The notes: generated by a model from the letters alone, not told the origin. A DNA stretch of 64,000 nt from Myxococcota bacterium (GCA_018817795.1 JAHITJ010000152.1:19695-83694), one strand, 5' to 3'; positions 51,774 through 60,461 are shown, numbered from the stretch's first letter. A program made the numbers and translations.

Positions 51774-52970
51774 ATGTCCGACAAGCCTCCCGCCCACGAC
51801 GGCATCCGGGTGCGCCGCGACGGCGACGCTTTCCGCTACTTCAAGTCCGGCGGAGAACCTGTGCCGCCAGACGGCGGAGAACCTGTGCCGCCAGACGGCG
51901 GCCAACCCGTGCCGCGCGAGTTCACCTGTCGCCATCCCTACATCCTTGAGCTCGAGATCACCTGGGCGTGCAACCTCGCGTGTCCCCACTGTTATGTCGA
52001 CGCGCCACGCGCCTGCCCCGATGAACTGACGCTGCCCGAGATCCGCACCGTGCTCGCCCAGGCCCGGGCCGCCGGCATGCTCGAACTGTCGCTGACCGGC
52101 GGCGAGGTGTGCTGCCGTCCCGATCTGATGGACGTGATCGCGGCTGGCCAAGAAGCGGGCTTCCCTGTGCGCCTGGTGACCAACGGAACGCTGGTGACGC
52201 AGAAGATCGCCCGCGCCTGGAAAAACGCCGGCATCGAACTGGTCACCGTGAGCCTCGATGGCGTGGATCCCGCCGTGCACGACACGATCCGCGGGCCGGG
52301 CAGTCATGCGAAGACCCTCGCGGGCATCGCCGCGCTCACGGAGGCGGGCCTTTCTGTGAGCCTGATCGCGGCGTTCTCGCGGATCAACTTCGGCCAGCTG
52401 CCCGCGCTCTGGGACTTCGCCCGTTTGCATCGCCTCGGGCTGCAGGCCCAGATGGTCTCGGGCAAGGGCCGCACGCCGCGAGACCTGCTGCTGTCCCCAC
52501 AACAATATTACGAGCTCGGCGAGCAGATCGCCGCGATCTTCGCTGCCCACCCGCACCGGATCGTACCCATGGACGACATGGTCACACCCTCGAATTGCTT
52601 CCCCCTCAACCAGCTGGAACGGACCTGGCAGAAGCGCTGCTCCGGCGGCATTTTGAACCTGTTCGTGCGCGCCAACGGCGACGTGACGCCCTGCTCGGCC
52701 CTGGCGCTGCCCGAAAACGTCGTGGGCAACATCCGCGAGCCCGGCGGTCTGACCATGATCCTCGAAGAGGAGCGCTGCCGGACCAACCTCGAGTGGTGCC
52801 ACGCGAAGAACCTGCATGGCATCTGCGCGGGCTGCCCCCACGCCGACGTCTGTCATGGCGGCTGCCCGGACATCCTGCTGACCCTGTGCCGGGACCGCCA
52901 CGAGAACGAATACTGCTACCACCGCCTCGAGACCCTCGCCATCACCGAGGCCCTGCTGGATCCGACATGA
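51774..52970 (+). CDS. radical SAM/SPASM domain protein 1
   Basis: About 398 aa with CNLACPHC (Cx3Cx2C), LSLTGGE, and a C-terminal SPASM Cys pattern (...CSGG...GDVTPC...CAGCPHADVCHGGC...). The start is uncertain (ATG 51774 or GTG 51732). The N-terminus contains a GGEPVPPD tandem duplication. Confidence 0.85.
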   Translation: MSDKPPAHDGIRVRRDGDAFRYFKSGGEPVPPDGGEPVPPDGGQPVPREFTCRHPYILELEITWACNLACPHCYVDAPRACPDELTLPEIRTVLAQARAAGMLELSLTGGEVCCRPDLMDVIAAGQEAGFPVRLVTNGTLVTQKIARAWKNAGIELVTVSLDGVDPAVHDTIRGPGSHAKTLAGIAALTEAGLSVSLIAAFSRINFGQLPALWDFARLHRLGLQAQMVSGKGRTPRDLLLSPQQYYELGEQIAAIFAAHPHRIVPMDDMVTPSNCFPLNQLERTWQKRCSGGILNLFVRANGDVTPCSALALPENVVGNIREPGGLTMILEEERCRTNLEWCHAKNLHGICAGCPHADVCHGGCPDILLTLCRDRHENEYCYHRLETLAITEALLDPT

Positions 52971-54013
52971 ACCAACTCCAATACGCCGTCTGCGAACTGA
53001 CCAACCGCTGCAACCTGCGTTGCGTCCACTGCGCATCCAACTCCGGCCCGCCGCGCGAGAATGAATACGGCACCGACGACTGGATCCGGATCGTCGGTGA
53101 GCTCGCGGCGCTGGGATGCGAGGAGCTCACGCTCATCGGCGGCGAGCTGCTTCTTCACCCTGGCTGGGAGGACATCGCGCGGGCCGTGAAGGTTCACGGC
53201 ATCCGGCTCGTGCTGATCACCAACGGGATGCTGGTCACCGAGGAGATCCTGCAGAAGTTCATTGCGCTGGATCCCTGGATCATCGGGGTCTCGCTGGACG
53301 GCGCCACGCCTGAAACCGTCAAGGCCATGCGCCGCGTCGACGGCCACGACCGCGTCATGAAGCTGCTGCGCGACCTGGTCGCCGCCGGGCATCCCCGGGT
53401 CAACGCGATCACCACGTTCTGCAAACTGAACTTCCATGAGTTCGAGGCCCTGGCGGATCGTTTCCGCGGCTCGAAGATCACCTGGCAGGTGCAGATCGCC
53501 AACCCCTCGGGTGAGCGTTTTTCCGATGACTGGTCCCTCTCGGTCGACGAGTTCGCGCAGTTCTGCGAAAAGGTCACCGAGCACATGGAGCACGATCCGG
53601 ATCTGTGGATCTGCCCGATGGACGACTTCGGATACCACCCGCTGTCGGACCGCCTGTCTCGCTTTCACCGGAAGTTCCCCGGCTGCATGGCCGGCATCTC
53701 GGTGATCGGCCTGCGCTCCGACGGGGCGGTTCTGCCCTGCCTGTCCCTGGGCGAGGACTTCGTCGTGGGAAACCTGCACGATACGACCCTGGCTGAGCTC
53801 TGGGCCGACGACGCCCGCTTCGAGCGCTTCCGCAACAAGCGCAAATATCTCACCGGCGCCTGCGACGCCTGCGCCTTCGCGGACACCTGCCGGGGCGGCT
53901 GCACGGCCATGGCGGCGTCCAACACGGGCGCCTTCGGAGAGAACGCCTACTGCCTGCGCAGCATCGAACAGCAGCGCCTGCTCACAGACCTGCTGACGCT
54001 GGGACAAGAGTAA
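52967..54013 (+). CDS. radical SAM/SPASM domain protein 2 (paralog of the preceding gene)
   Basis: 348 aa with an ATGA overlap with the upstream gene. It has CNLRCVHC at residues 15-22, LTLIGGE, and SPASM CMAG...GAVLPC...CDACAFADTCRGGC. It shares PMDD and other blocks with protein 1. Confidence 0.88.
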   Translation: MNQLQYAVCELTNRCNLRCVHCASNSGPPRENEYGTDDWIRIVGELAALGCEELTLIGGELLLHPGWEDIARAVKVHGIRLVLITNGMLVTEEILQKFIALDPWIIGVSLDGATPETVKAMRRVDGHDRVMKLLRDLVAAGHPRVNAITTFCKLNFHEFEALADRFRGSKITWQVQIANPSGERFSDDWSLSVDEFAQFCEKVTEHMEHDPDLWICPMDDFGYHPLSDRLSRFHRKFPGCMAGISVIGLRSDGAVLPCLSLGEDFVVGNLHDTTLAELWADDARFERFRNKRKYLTGACDACAFADTCRGGCTAMAASNTGAFGENAYCLRSIEQQRLLTDLLTLGQE

Positions 54014-54087
54014 GAGTTAAGAATTGGGTCAACCACGGAACACACTGAACACACTGAGGGGATTTCTGGAGACGACCCGGCCATTTT

Positions 54088-54194
54088 GCGACTCGTCTTC
54101 GAGTCGCCGGCCTCCAGTGGCGGGCGGACGCCCGGTTTGGGACGATCCGGCGCGTACGTTGACGCGACCCGTCTACGGGTCGCCGGCCTCAGTG
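54088..54194. repeat. two copies of a 31-32-nt hairpin-plus-tail element (REP-like)
   Basis: The copies are GCGACTCG-TCTT-CGAGTCGC-CGGCCTCCAGTG (54088-54119) and GCGACCCG-TCTA-CGGGTCGC-CGGCCTCAGTG (54164-54194). A stem difference is compensated (T:A to C:G). Confidence 0.8.
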
Positions 54195-54261
54195 CTGGAA
54201 CCATGGGCAGGGGACGTGAACGAGGAGGGGCGCATGGAATGTGCTGTAGGCGAAAGGACGT

Positions 54262-55377
54262 TCACTCGATGACGGAGTCGGCGTCGACGTTCATGGTCGT
54301 GTCGGAGTGGCCGGAGATGCCCGGCAGGATCTGCCAGGGGCTTCCGCTATAGCAGATGTTCTCGCGGAGGATGGAGTCCTCGATGTTGATCGTGCCATCG
54401 TGGTTGTTGCTCACGAAGAAGATCGCAGCCCCGTAGGCGTTGACCTCGTTGTGCTCGAGGACGGTGCCGCACAGCGACAGTGTCATGGTGTTGCCGTCAT
54501 TGTAGATCGCGCCCCCGGAGCCGCCGCCGGGCGTGCCCGAGTCGGCCGGATTGCCGCCGTTTCCGATGGCCCGGTTGTACGAGAAGAGGCTGTTGAAGAT
54601 CGTCCATGACACGCCGATGCTGCTGATCCCGCCGCCGTTGGAGCACACGTTTCCGAGGTCCTCGCGACCGCCGAAGGTGCTGTGAACGACGTAGACCGCC
54701 CGGTCCTCGAACTGGTCGAACACGCGGATGCCCGCGCCGCCGACGTCAGGGCCGGTGGGGGCGCAGGAATTGCCGAAAAAGCGGCTGTTGATGACCTTGA
54801 ACCGTCCGCCGCGCACCCAGATCGCGCCACCGCCGTCATACTCGGTCTCCTGCTCGGAGTTGCCGTCGACAAACGTCAGGTTCTGCACGGTCAGCCGCGG
54901 GTGATCCTGGTCGTCGCAGTGGGAGGTGGTCCAGACCTGGTCCGGATCGCAGGTGTTCATGTACAGGATGCGCCGGCGGTCACCCCCGGAGAGGGCCACC
55001 TTGCCGCCCCCGTCGATCACGATCTCTGGGCCCGTGTCATTGCGGATCTTCGCGGTCTCGGTCAGTTGGATCGTCACCGGGTCCGGCCCGCAATTGAAGG
55101 TGATGATGCCGCCTTGGGCGATGGTGGAGACGACGGCCTCGGAGGTGCAGCTCCCGGGCGTACCGTCGCCGATGACGTGGTCGGGAACGGACGTGTCGGC
55201 AAGCATGGCCTCTTCCGGAATCGGGCAGGCGCCGTCAGGGTTTCCGGCTGCGGGCATGTCATCGGTGATCTCGATGTAGTCGATGTCGGTGAACCAGCGG
55301 CCGCCACCGCCGTCGTCGCAGGCGGATAAGACTGTGAGCAAGAGGCAAACGGGCAGGACAAGGTGGCGGATTCTCAT
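54262..55377 (-). CDS. right-handed parallel beta-helix repeat lipoprotein
   Basis: 371 aa with lipobox LLTVLSAC. N-terminal GTPGSCTSEAVVSTIAQGGIITFNCGPDPVTI is followed by Gly/Asn-rich periodic repeats (GGGAIW..., GGAGIRV..., GGGISS..., GGAIYN...) typical of pectate-lyase-fold proteins. Confidence 0.75.
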   Translation of the reverse strand: MRIRHLVLPVCLLLTVLSACDDGGGGRWFTDIDYIEITDDMPAAGNPDGACPIPEEAMLADTSVPDHVIGDGTPGSCTSEAVVSTIAQGGIITFNCGPDPVTIQLTETAKIRNDTGPEIVIDGGGKVALSGGDRRRILYMNTCDPDQVWTTSHCDDQDHPRLTVQNLTFVDGNSEQETEYDGGGAIWVRGGRFKVINSRFFGNSCAPTGPDVGGAGIRVFDQFEDRAVYVVHSTFGGREDLGNVCSNGGGISSIGVSWTIFNSLFSYNRAIGNGGNPADSGTPGGGSGGAIYNDGNTMTLSLCGTVLEHNEVNAYGAAIFFVSNNHDGTINIEDSILRENICYSGSPWQILPGISGHSDTTMNVDADSVIE

Positions 55378-55461
55378 GGGCTCACTCCTGACGATGCAAT
55401 GGATTCGTGGACAATTCGGGCACCGCTCGACTTCCTGACACGCGTTGGGACATCCAAACGC

Positions 55462-55971
55462 CTACAGCGCCTCGAGGCCGTCGATCACTCGCTGGTACTC
55501 GGACGCGACCACGCAGGCGGAGATGGACTTCGCCTCGCAGGTGAAGTTGACCAGCACCAGTTGGTTTTTATGGAAGAAAAAGAAGAACTCGACCTGGTGG
55601 GTGCGGGTGCGGCCGGTGATCCGCATGGCCTCGGCGCCCAGCGCCTGGGCGGGTTTGGGAACATCGAGCGTGATCTTGCGCGAGGCGGAGATGCCCTTGA
55701 TCCGGGCGGTCCAGGTGGCCAGCGTGTCCCCGGTCTTCTTCGGGGTCGCCGTGATCACGATGCGCGCGCCGGCAGGATGGTACCAGTGCACGCTCTGGGG
55801 CAGGTAGGCGTTGGGCTCGGCCGACAGCCAGGTCTTGGGAAAGGGAACACGGACCCTGGCGGCCTTGATCGTGACGGGCCCCGAGCGTGTCTGGGCGACA
55901 GCCATCCCGGCAAAGCCGGAAACCGACAACGCGATGAAAACAAGGAATGGAAGGAGACGGCCATGAACCAT
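55462..55971 (-). CDS. hypothetical secreted protein
   Basis: About 169 aa from MVHGRLLPFLVFIALSVSGFAGMAVAQ (signal peptide). The ORF track starts 12 codons earlier (56007), overlapping the aminotransferase. No domain recognised. Confidence 0.6.
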   Translation of the reverse strand: MVHGRLLPFLVFIALSVSGFAGMAVAQTRSGPVTIKAARVRVPFPKTWLSAEPNAYLPQSVHWYHPAGARIVITATPKKTGDTLATWTARIKGISASRKITLDVPKPAQALGAEAMRITGRTRTHQVEFFFFFHKNQLVLVNFTCEAKSISACVVASEYQRVIDGLEAL

Positions 55972-55990
55972 GACCACGACGGTAGGCGAA

Positions 55991-57208
55991 CTAGCGGATG
56001 GCGTCAACCACTTTCGGCTCTTCGACCATGTCCACAGCCAGGCCGGCTTCGCGGCGGGCGCGGTACAGCACGAACTGCAGCGTGTTGACGAAGCTCTGCA
56101 GCATCTCGTCCGAGAGGTCGCCCATGTTGGCGATCTGGAAGTACGTGTCCGTGAGGATTCCCTTGCAGCCGTAGATGATGAATCCGTAGCCCTTCATGCG
56201 ATCATACAGTTCGGAATAGGTGATGTACTCCGGGACCTTCACGATGGTGAGCGTGGCGCTCCGCTGTCCGGCGACGTCCAGGAAGGTCAGACCCATGGAG
56301 AGGAAGTTCTCGCGCAGGAAGCGGTTGCGCTCGCGGTACAGTTCCCAGCGGCTCTCCACGCCGTCCTCGAGCAGCTCGTCGACGGCCGCGTCGAGGGCGA
56401 AGAAGCCGTTGACCGCGGGCGTGAACGGGGTCAGTTCCTCCTCGATGGCGTACTTGCGGTAGCGCTTGAGGTCCAGGTAATACACGCGGGGCCGCACCGT
56501 CTCGATGACCTTCCAGGCGCGGTCGTTGACGCACACGAACGCGACGCCGGCGATGGCCTGCATGGCCTTGTTGGCCGAAGACAGGCAGATGTCGATGTTG
56601 TCGCGCACCACGTCGAGATCCTCGGCGCCCAGGGACGACACGGCGTCGACGAGGAGCAGGCGGTCGTGCCGGCGGCAGATCGCGCCGATCTCGCCGATGG
56701 GGTTGATCAGGCCCACGGAGGTCTCGTGGTGGGCCAGCATGACCGCGCAGATCTCCGGATCCGCGGCGAGCTTGGCCTCGACGGCGGAGACGTCCATGGT
56801 GTTGCACCAGCCGAAGTCCAGCACTTCCATGTTCAGGCGGTGCACGGTGGCGACCTCGCGGTAGCGTTCGCCGAAGGCGCCGTTGATCAGCACCAGGATC
56901 TTCTTGTCCTCAGGGATGGTGGAAGAGATCGTGGCCTCGATGCCCGAGGTGCCCGAGCCCGTGATCAGCACGACCTCATGGCGCTCGTCGCCGCGGAAAA
57001 CCTTCTTGAGCTTGCTGCGCAGGTTGCGCACGAGCACGGCAAAGTCGGTGTCGCGGTGACAGGTGTCATGATGCACCAGCGCCGCCTTGACACGCGGGGT
57101 CGTCAGCACGGGACCGGGGTTGAGCAGGACGTATCCCGGGGTTTCCTTGTAGTTCAGAATGCCCTTGATATATCCCAACACACGCGCGCTGTTTTTTAAA
57201 TTTTCCAT
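55991..57208 (-). CDS. class V (PhnW/AGXT-like) pyridoxal-phosphate aminotransferase
   Basis: 405 aa from MENLKNS. LLNPGPVLTTPRVKAAL...HRDTDF resembles the PhnW/serine-glyoxylate aminotransferase N-terminus, and SSANKAMQ holds the candidate PLP lysine. Substrate not assignable. Confidence 0.8.
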   Translation of the reverse strand: MENLKNSARVLGYIKGILNYKETPGYVLLNPGPVLTTPRVKAALVHHDTCHRDTDFAVLVRNLRSKLKKVFRGDERHEVVLITGSGTSGIEATISSTIPEDKKILVLINGAFGERYREVATVHRLNMEVLDFGWCNTMDVSAVEAKLAADPEICAVMLAHHETSVGLINPIGEIGAICRRHDRLLLVDAVSSLGAEDLDVVRDNIDICLSSANKAMQAIAGVAFVCVNDRAWKVIETVRPRVYYLDLKRYRKYAIEEELTPFTPAVNGFFALDAAVDELLEDGVESRWELYRERNRFLRENFLSMGLTFLDVAGQRSATLTIVKVPEYITYSELYDRMKGYGFIIYGCKGILTDTYFQIANMGDLSDEMLQSFVNTLQFVLYRARREAGLAVDMVEEPKVVDAIR

Positions 57209-57412
57209 GAGCCGTTCCTTTCGTCCGCACTGCCCTCGCGGGCTTGGGGCCCAGTGCTGCATTTGCCATGCCAGGTCCTGACATTCCGCGTCAATTACAT
57301 TATTTCTTCATGAATTTCAAGAAAAATTCGTTGGAAATCAAGGAGGATTTATACTTGCATACTTATGCAACCTTCCATTTTCTCGTGAAAGAATTCGCAG
57401 GTGACAGGTTCC

Positions 57413-57440
57413 GTCAAAAGAAGTGTCAGATTTCTGACAC
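57413..57440 (-). terminator. rho-independent terminator after rnhA
   Basis: The minus strand has GTGTCAGA-AA-TCTGACAC, a perfect 8-bp stem (57423-57440), followed by TTCTTTTG. Confidence 0.65.
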
Positions 57441-57463
57441 CTGAATGTCAGATCCATCAGTTT

Positions 57464-57907
57464 TCAGGGGAGTTTCTGGTACTCGTCGGTGGTGGCGCGG
57501 TTTACGATCGCGGCGCGTGCGAGCTTGTCTGCGAGCTCGTTGCCCTCGTGGCCGGCGTGACCCTCGATCTTGATCAACTTGAGGCGGGAAAAGTCGCGTG
57601 CCTTCCTGCGCAGGGTCATCACCAGCTCAGTGTTGGCCTTGGCCTTCCAGTTCTGGGTGAGCAGCCCCAGCGCGTAGGCGCTGTCGGAGTACAGGTGCAC
57701 CGGACGCGAGGGATCACGGATGGCCTCGAGGGCGCGCAGGATCGCGGTCAGTTCGGCGATGTTGTTGGTGCACGCATCGCCGAGCCAGCCCGAGATCACG
57801 CGCTGGGTTTTGCCCGCGCGCAGCACGACCCCGTAGCCCCCGGGCCCGGGGTTGCCCGAGCAGGCGCCATCGGTGAACACGATGATGGGTTCTTGAAGGG
57901 AGTTCAA
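57464..57907 (-). CDS. rnhA: ribonuclease HI
   Basis: 147 aa: ...IVFTDGACSGNPGPGGYGVVL...TNNIAELTA...LYSDSAY...GHAGHEGNELADKLA. RNase H signature. Confidence 0.95.
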   Translation of the reverse strand: MNSLQEPIIVFTDGACSGNPGPGGYGVVLRAGKTQRVISGWLGDACTNNIAELTAILRALEAIRDPSRPVHLYSDSAYALGLLTQNWKAKANTELVMTLRRKARDFSRLKLIKIEGHAGHEGNELADKLARAAIVNRATTDEYQKLP

Positions 57908-57980
57908 GGTATTACCGTCGAATTCTGACCCGGCGTCAGCCGGCCATCTGAGGCACCCGCAAAAGGATGCCGGATCATCT

Positions 57981-58460
57981 CTATGCGTCCTGGATCGTGA
58001 CCGTCATTTCGACGCGATCCCGCGGCATGTCCTTGGAGTTGCGGTCCAACTCGGCGATCTTGTCGACGACCTCCATGCCCGAGCTCACCTTGCCGAACGC
58101 GGTGTACTGGCGGTCCAGGAACTTCGAGTCACCGTGGCAGATGAAGAACTGGGAGCCCGCGCTGTTGGGGTCGCTCGAGCGGGCCATGGAGAGGACGCCC
58201 CGCAGGTGCGGGGTTTCGTTGAACTCCGCGTCGATGTTGTAGCCGGGGCCGCCGGTGCCCGGGGTGCCGCGTCCGTTGGGCTTGGAGTTGGGGCAGCCGC
58301 CCTGGATCATGAAGCCCGGAATGACGCGATGGAAGATCGAGCCGTTGTAGAAGCCGCTCTCGGCGAGCTTGATGAAGTTGGCGACGTGGTTGGGCGCCTT
58401 GTCGTTGAAGAAATCCAGCACGATGTTGCCGAACTTGGTGTTGATGACTGCTTGTTTCAT
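57981..58460 (-). CDS. ppiB: peptidyl-prolyl cis-trans isomerase, cyclophilin type
   Basis: 159 aa with FHRVIPGFMIQGG, ...LSMARS..PNSAGSQFFI... and FGKV. Cyclophilin signature, no signal peptide. Confidence 0.93.
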   Translation of the reverse strand: MKQAVINTKFGNIVLDFFNDKAPNHVANFIKLAESGFYNGSIFHRVIPGFMIQGGCPNSKPNGRGTPGTGGPGYNIDAEFNETPHLRGVLSMARSSDPNSAGSQFFICHGDSKFLDRQYTAFGKVSSGMEVVDKIAELDRNSKDMPRDRVEMTVTIQDA

Positions 58461-58487
58461 GGGGGATGATCCTTTCGTTGGTTGTGG

Positions 58488-60431
58488 TTATTCCATGGTG
58501 GACAGAATCCGCTCGGCGACCTGATCCGGATTCAGTCCGAAGTGTTTCACGACATCGCCCTCGGGGGCGCTCTCGCCGAAGGTGGACAGGCCGATGCGCT
58601 CCGGGACGCCAAAGCCCGCGAACAGGCGGCAGGTGCCGGCCTCCAGCGCGATCTTCCGCTTGGCCGGGGAGTTCTTCACGAGCCCCGGCAGCGTGCCCGG
58701 ATCGGTCAGCGACAGCATCGGCACGCTCACGACCTCGACGGCCACCCCGCGGGCGGTACACAACTTCGCGGCCTCGATGGCCACGTGCACCTCGGAACCA
58801 CTGGCCAGGAGCTGGACCTTCGCGTCGGTGGCAGGCGCGACGACGTAGCCGGTCAGGTGCTCCGGATCACGGATGGAGCCCAACAGTTGGGGCAGGTTCT
58901 GCCGGGTCAGCAGGATCGCCGTGGGGCCGCAGTTGGTGCGGGCATACTGGTAGGCGGCCACACACTCGTTGCCGTCGGCCGGTCGGATCACGCTCAGGCC
59001 CGGGATCAGGCGCAGCGCGTCGGCGTGCTCCACGGGCTGGTGGGTGGGACCGTCCTCGCCGACATGGATCGAGTCGTGGGTGAAGATCCAGATCACCGGC
59101 AGCTTCATCAGCGCCGACAGGCGCACGGCGCCGCGCATGTAATCGGAGAACACCAAAAACGTCGCGCCGTAGGGCAGGACCTGCCCGTGAAGCGCCATGC
59201 CGTTGACGATGCCGCCCATGCCGTGCTCGCGGATGCCGAAGTGGATGTTGCGGCCCTCAGGGCGCTCTGCGGAGGTGGCGATGGAGACGTCGATCCAGGT
59301 GTTGTTGGACGGGGCCAGGTCGGCCGAGCCACCGAACAGCCGTGGGTCGGCCTTGGCGATGGTCTGCAGGATGCGGCCCGAGGATTTGCGTGTGGACTCC
59401 GAGGCGCCCACGGTCCAGGTCGGGTATTCGGGCATGCCCGGGGCCTTCCCGCTCATCAGGTTGTACTGTGCGAACTTCTCGGGGCTGGCCGCGGCGAAGG
59501 CCTCCAGCCGCCCGCTCCAGGCGGTGTACGCGGCGGCGCGGGCGGCCTTGGTGGACTCGATGTGCGCGACGACCTCCGGGGCCACCGAGAACGCCTCGCC
59601 GTAGGCATAGGCGATGCGCATCTGCTCGATGACATCCTTGCCCAGCGGGGAACCGTGGCACTCGGCGGTGCCCTCCTTTTTCCCCGCGCCGCGGCCGATC
59701 TTCGTATGGCAGATTAATAGTTTCGGTTTTCCTTGACCATTTTTGAGAAGGTTTTCATAGGCCAGCTTGATGATCGCCGGATTCTCGGCCTCGACCTCCT
59801 CGCAGGCCCAGCCCAGCGCCGTGAAGCGACCAGAAGTGTCCTCGGTGAAGGCGATGTCGGTGGAGCCCTCGATGGAGATGCGGTTGGAGTCGTAGAACAC
59901 GACCAGCCGGTCGAGCTTCTGGTGACCGGCGAAGGAGGCGGCCTCCTGGGTGATGCCCTCCATCAGGTCCCCGTCGGAGGCCAGCACGAACGTCCGGTGG
60001 TCGCAGATCCCGGGACCGAACAGGGTCCGGACGCGGCGCTCCGCGAGGGCCATGCCCACGGCGTTGGAGAACCCGGCGCCCAGCGGCCCGGTGGTGGTCT
60101 CCACGCCCGGCAGGCATCCCACCTCGGGGTGTCCGGGGGTCCGCGAGCCGAGCTGGCGGAACTTCTGCAGATCCGCGGTGGTGACCCCGAAGCCGTACAG
60201 GTGCAGCATCACATACAGCAGCGAGGAGCCGTGGCCCGCCGACAGCACGAACCGGTCGCGGTCGGGCCAGTCCGGATGGGCAGGATCCATCTTCATCAGG
60301 TCGTGGAACAGCGCATATGCCATGGGGGCGGCGCCCAGGGGCAGGCCCGGGTGTCCGGACTTCGCCTTCTCGATGGTCTCGGCGGCCAGCATGCGGATGG
60401 TTTGAAGGGTTTTTTCAGTCGACGGATGCAT
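58488..60431 (-). CDS. tkt: transketolase
   Basis: 647 aa with N-terminal ...SGHPGLPLGAAPMAY...RDRFVLSAGHGS..., the TPP-binding GDGDLMEGI, and THDSIHVGEDGPTHQP. Confidence 0.96.
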   Translation of the reverse strand: MHPSTEKTLQTIRMLAAETIEKAKSGHPGLPLGAAPMAYALFHDLMKMDPAHPDWPDRDRFVLSAGHGSSLLYVMLHLYGFGVTTADLQKFRQLGSRTPGHPEVGCLPGVETTTGPLGAGFSNAVGMALAERRVRTLFGPGICDHRTFVLASDGDLMEGITQEAASFAGHQKLDRLVVFYDSNRISIEGSTDIAFTEDTSGRFTALGWACEEVEAENPAIIKLAYENLLKNGQGKPKLLICHTKIGRGAGKKEGTAECHGSPLGKDVIEQMRIAYAYGEAFSVAPEVVAHIESTKAARAAAYTAWSGRLEAFAAASPEKFAQYNLMSGKAPGMPEYPTWTVGASESTRKSSGRILQTIAKADPRLFGGSADLAPSNNTWIDVSIATSAERPEGRNIHFGIREHGMGGIVNGMALHGQVLPYGATFLVFSDYMRGAVRLSALMKLPVIWIFTHDSIHVGEDGPTHQPVEHADALRLIPGLSVIRPADGNECVAAYQYARTNCGPTAILLTRQNLPQLLGSIRDPEHLTGYVVAPATDAKVQLLASGSEVHVAIEAAKLCTARGVAVEVVSVPMLSLTDPGTLPGLVKNSPAKRKIALEAGTCRLFAGFGVPERIGLSTFGESAPEGDVVKHFGLNPDQVAERILSTME

Positions 60432-60461
60432 GGAATCTCCTGGTTCGGGAAAACGCCTCCC

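Noticed and set aside
49412-53036. Minus-strand ORFs of 797 aa and 866 aa spanning the PilZ-to-radical-SAM cassette.
   Set aside because: The opposite-strand genes have clear motifs (PilZ RxxxR/DxSxxG, Cx3Cx2C, SPASM) and tight operon spacing. The long ORFs translate to Gly/Arg/Ala/His-rich sequence without domains, so they are a high-GC antisense artefact.
51774-54013. Calling the two radical SAM/SPASM genes ahbC/ahbD or nirJ (alternative heme / heme d1 biosynthesis) or pqqE.
   Set aside because: No ahbA/B, nir, pqq or other tetrapyrrole or PQQ genes are adjacent, and by eye I can see only generic radical SAM/SPASM motifs. The assignment needs HMM scoring, so the genes are left as generic radical SAM/SPASM.
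54088-54194. Possible degenerate two-repeat CRISPR array (about 32-nt repeats, 44-nt spacer).
   Set aside because: There are only two copies, they differ at four positions including an indel, there is no leader and there are no cas genes in the window. The hairpin-plus-tail form fits REP-like elements better.
57263-57463. A/T-rich island with a small ORF (TTG 57355 to 57444, LHTYATFHFLVKEFAGDRFRQKKCQISDT) preceded by AGGAGG.
   Set aside because: The ORF runs through the rnhA terminator hairpin on the opposite strand, uses a TTG start and has no recognisable features. The region is more simply the rnhA terminator plus the promoter/5' UTR of the aminotransferase gene. It would only be worth revisiting with ribosome-profiling data.
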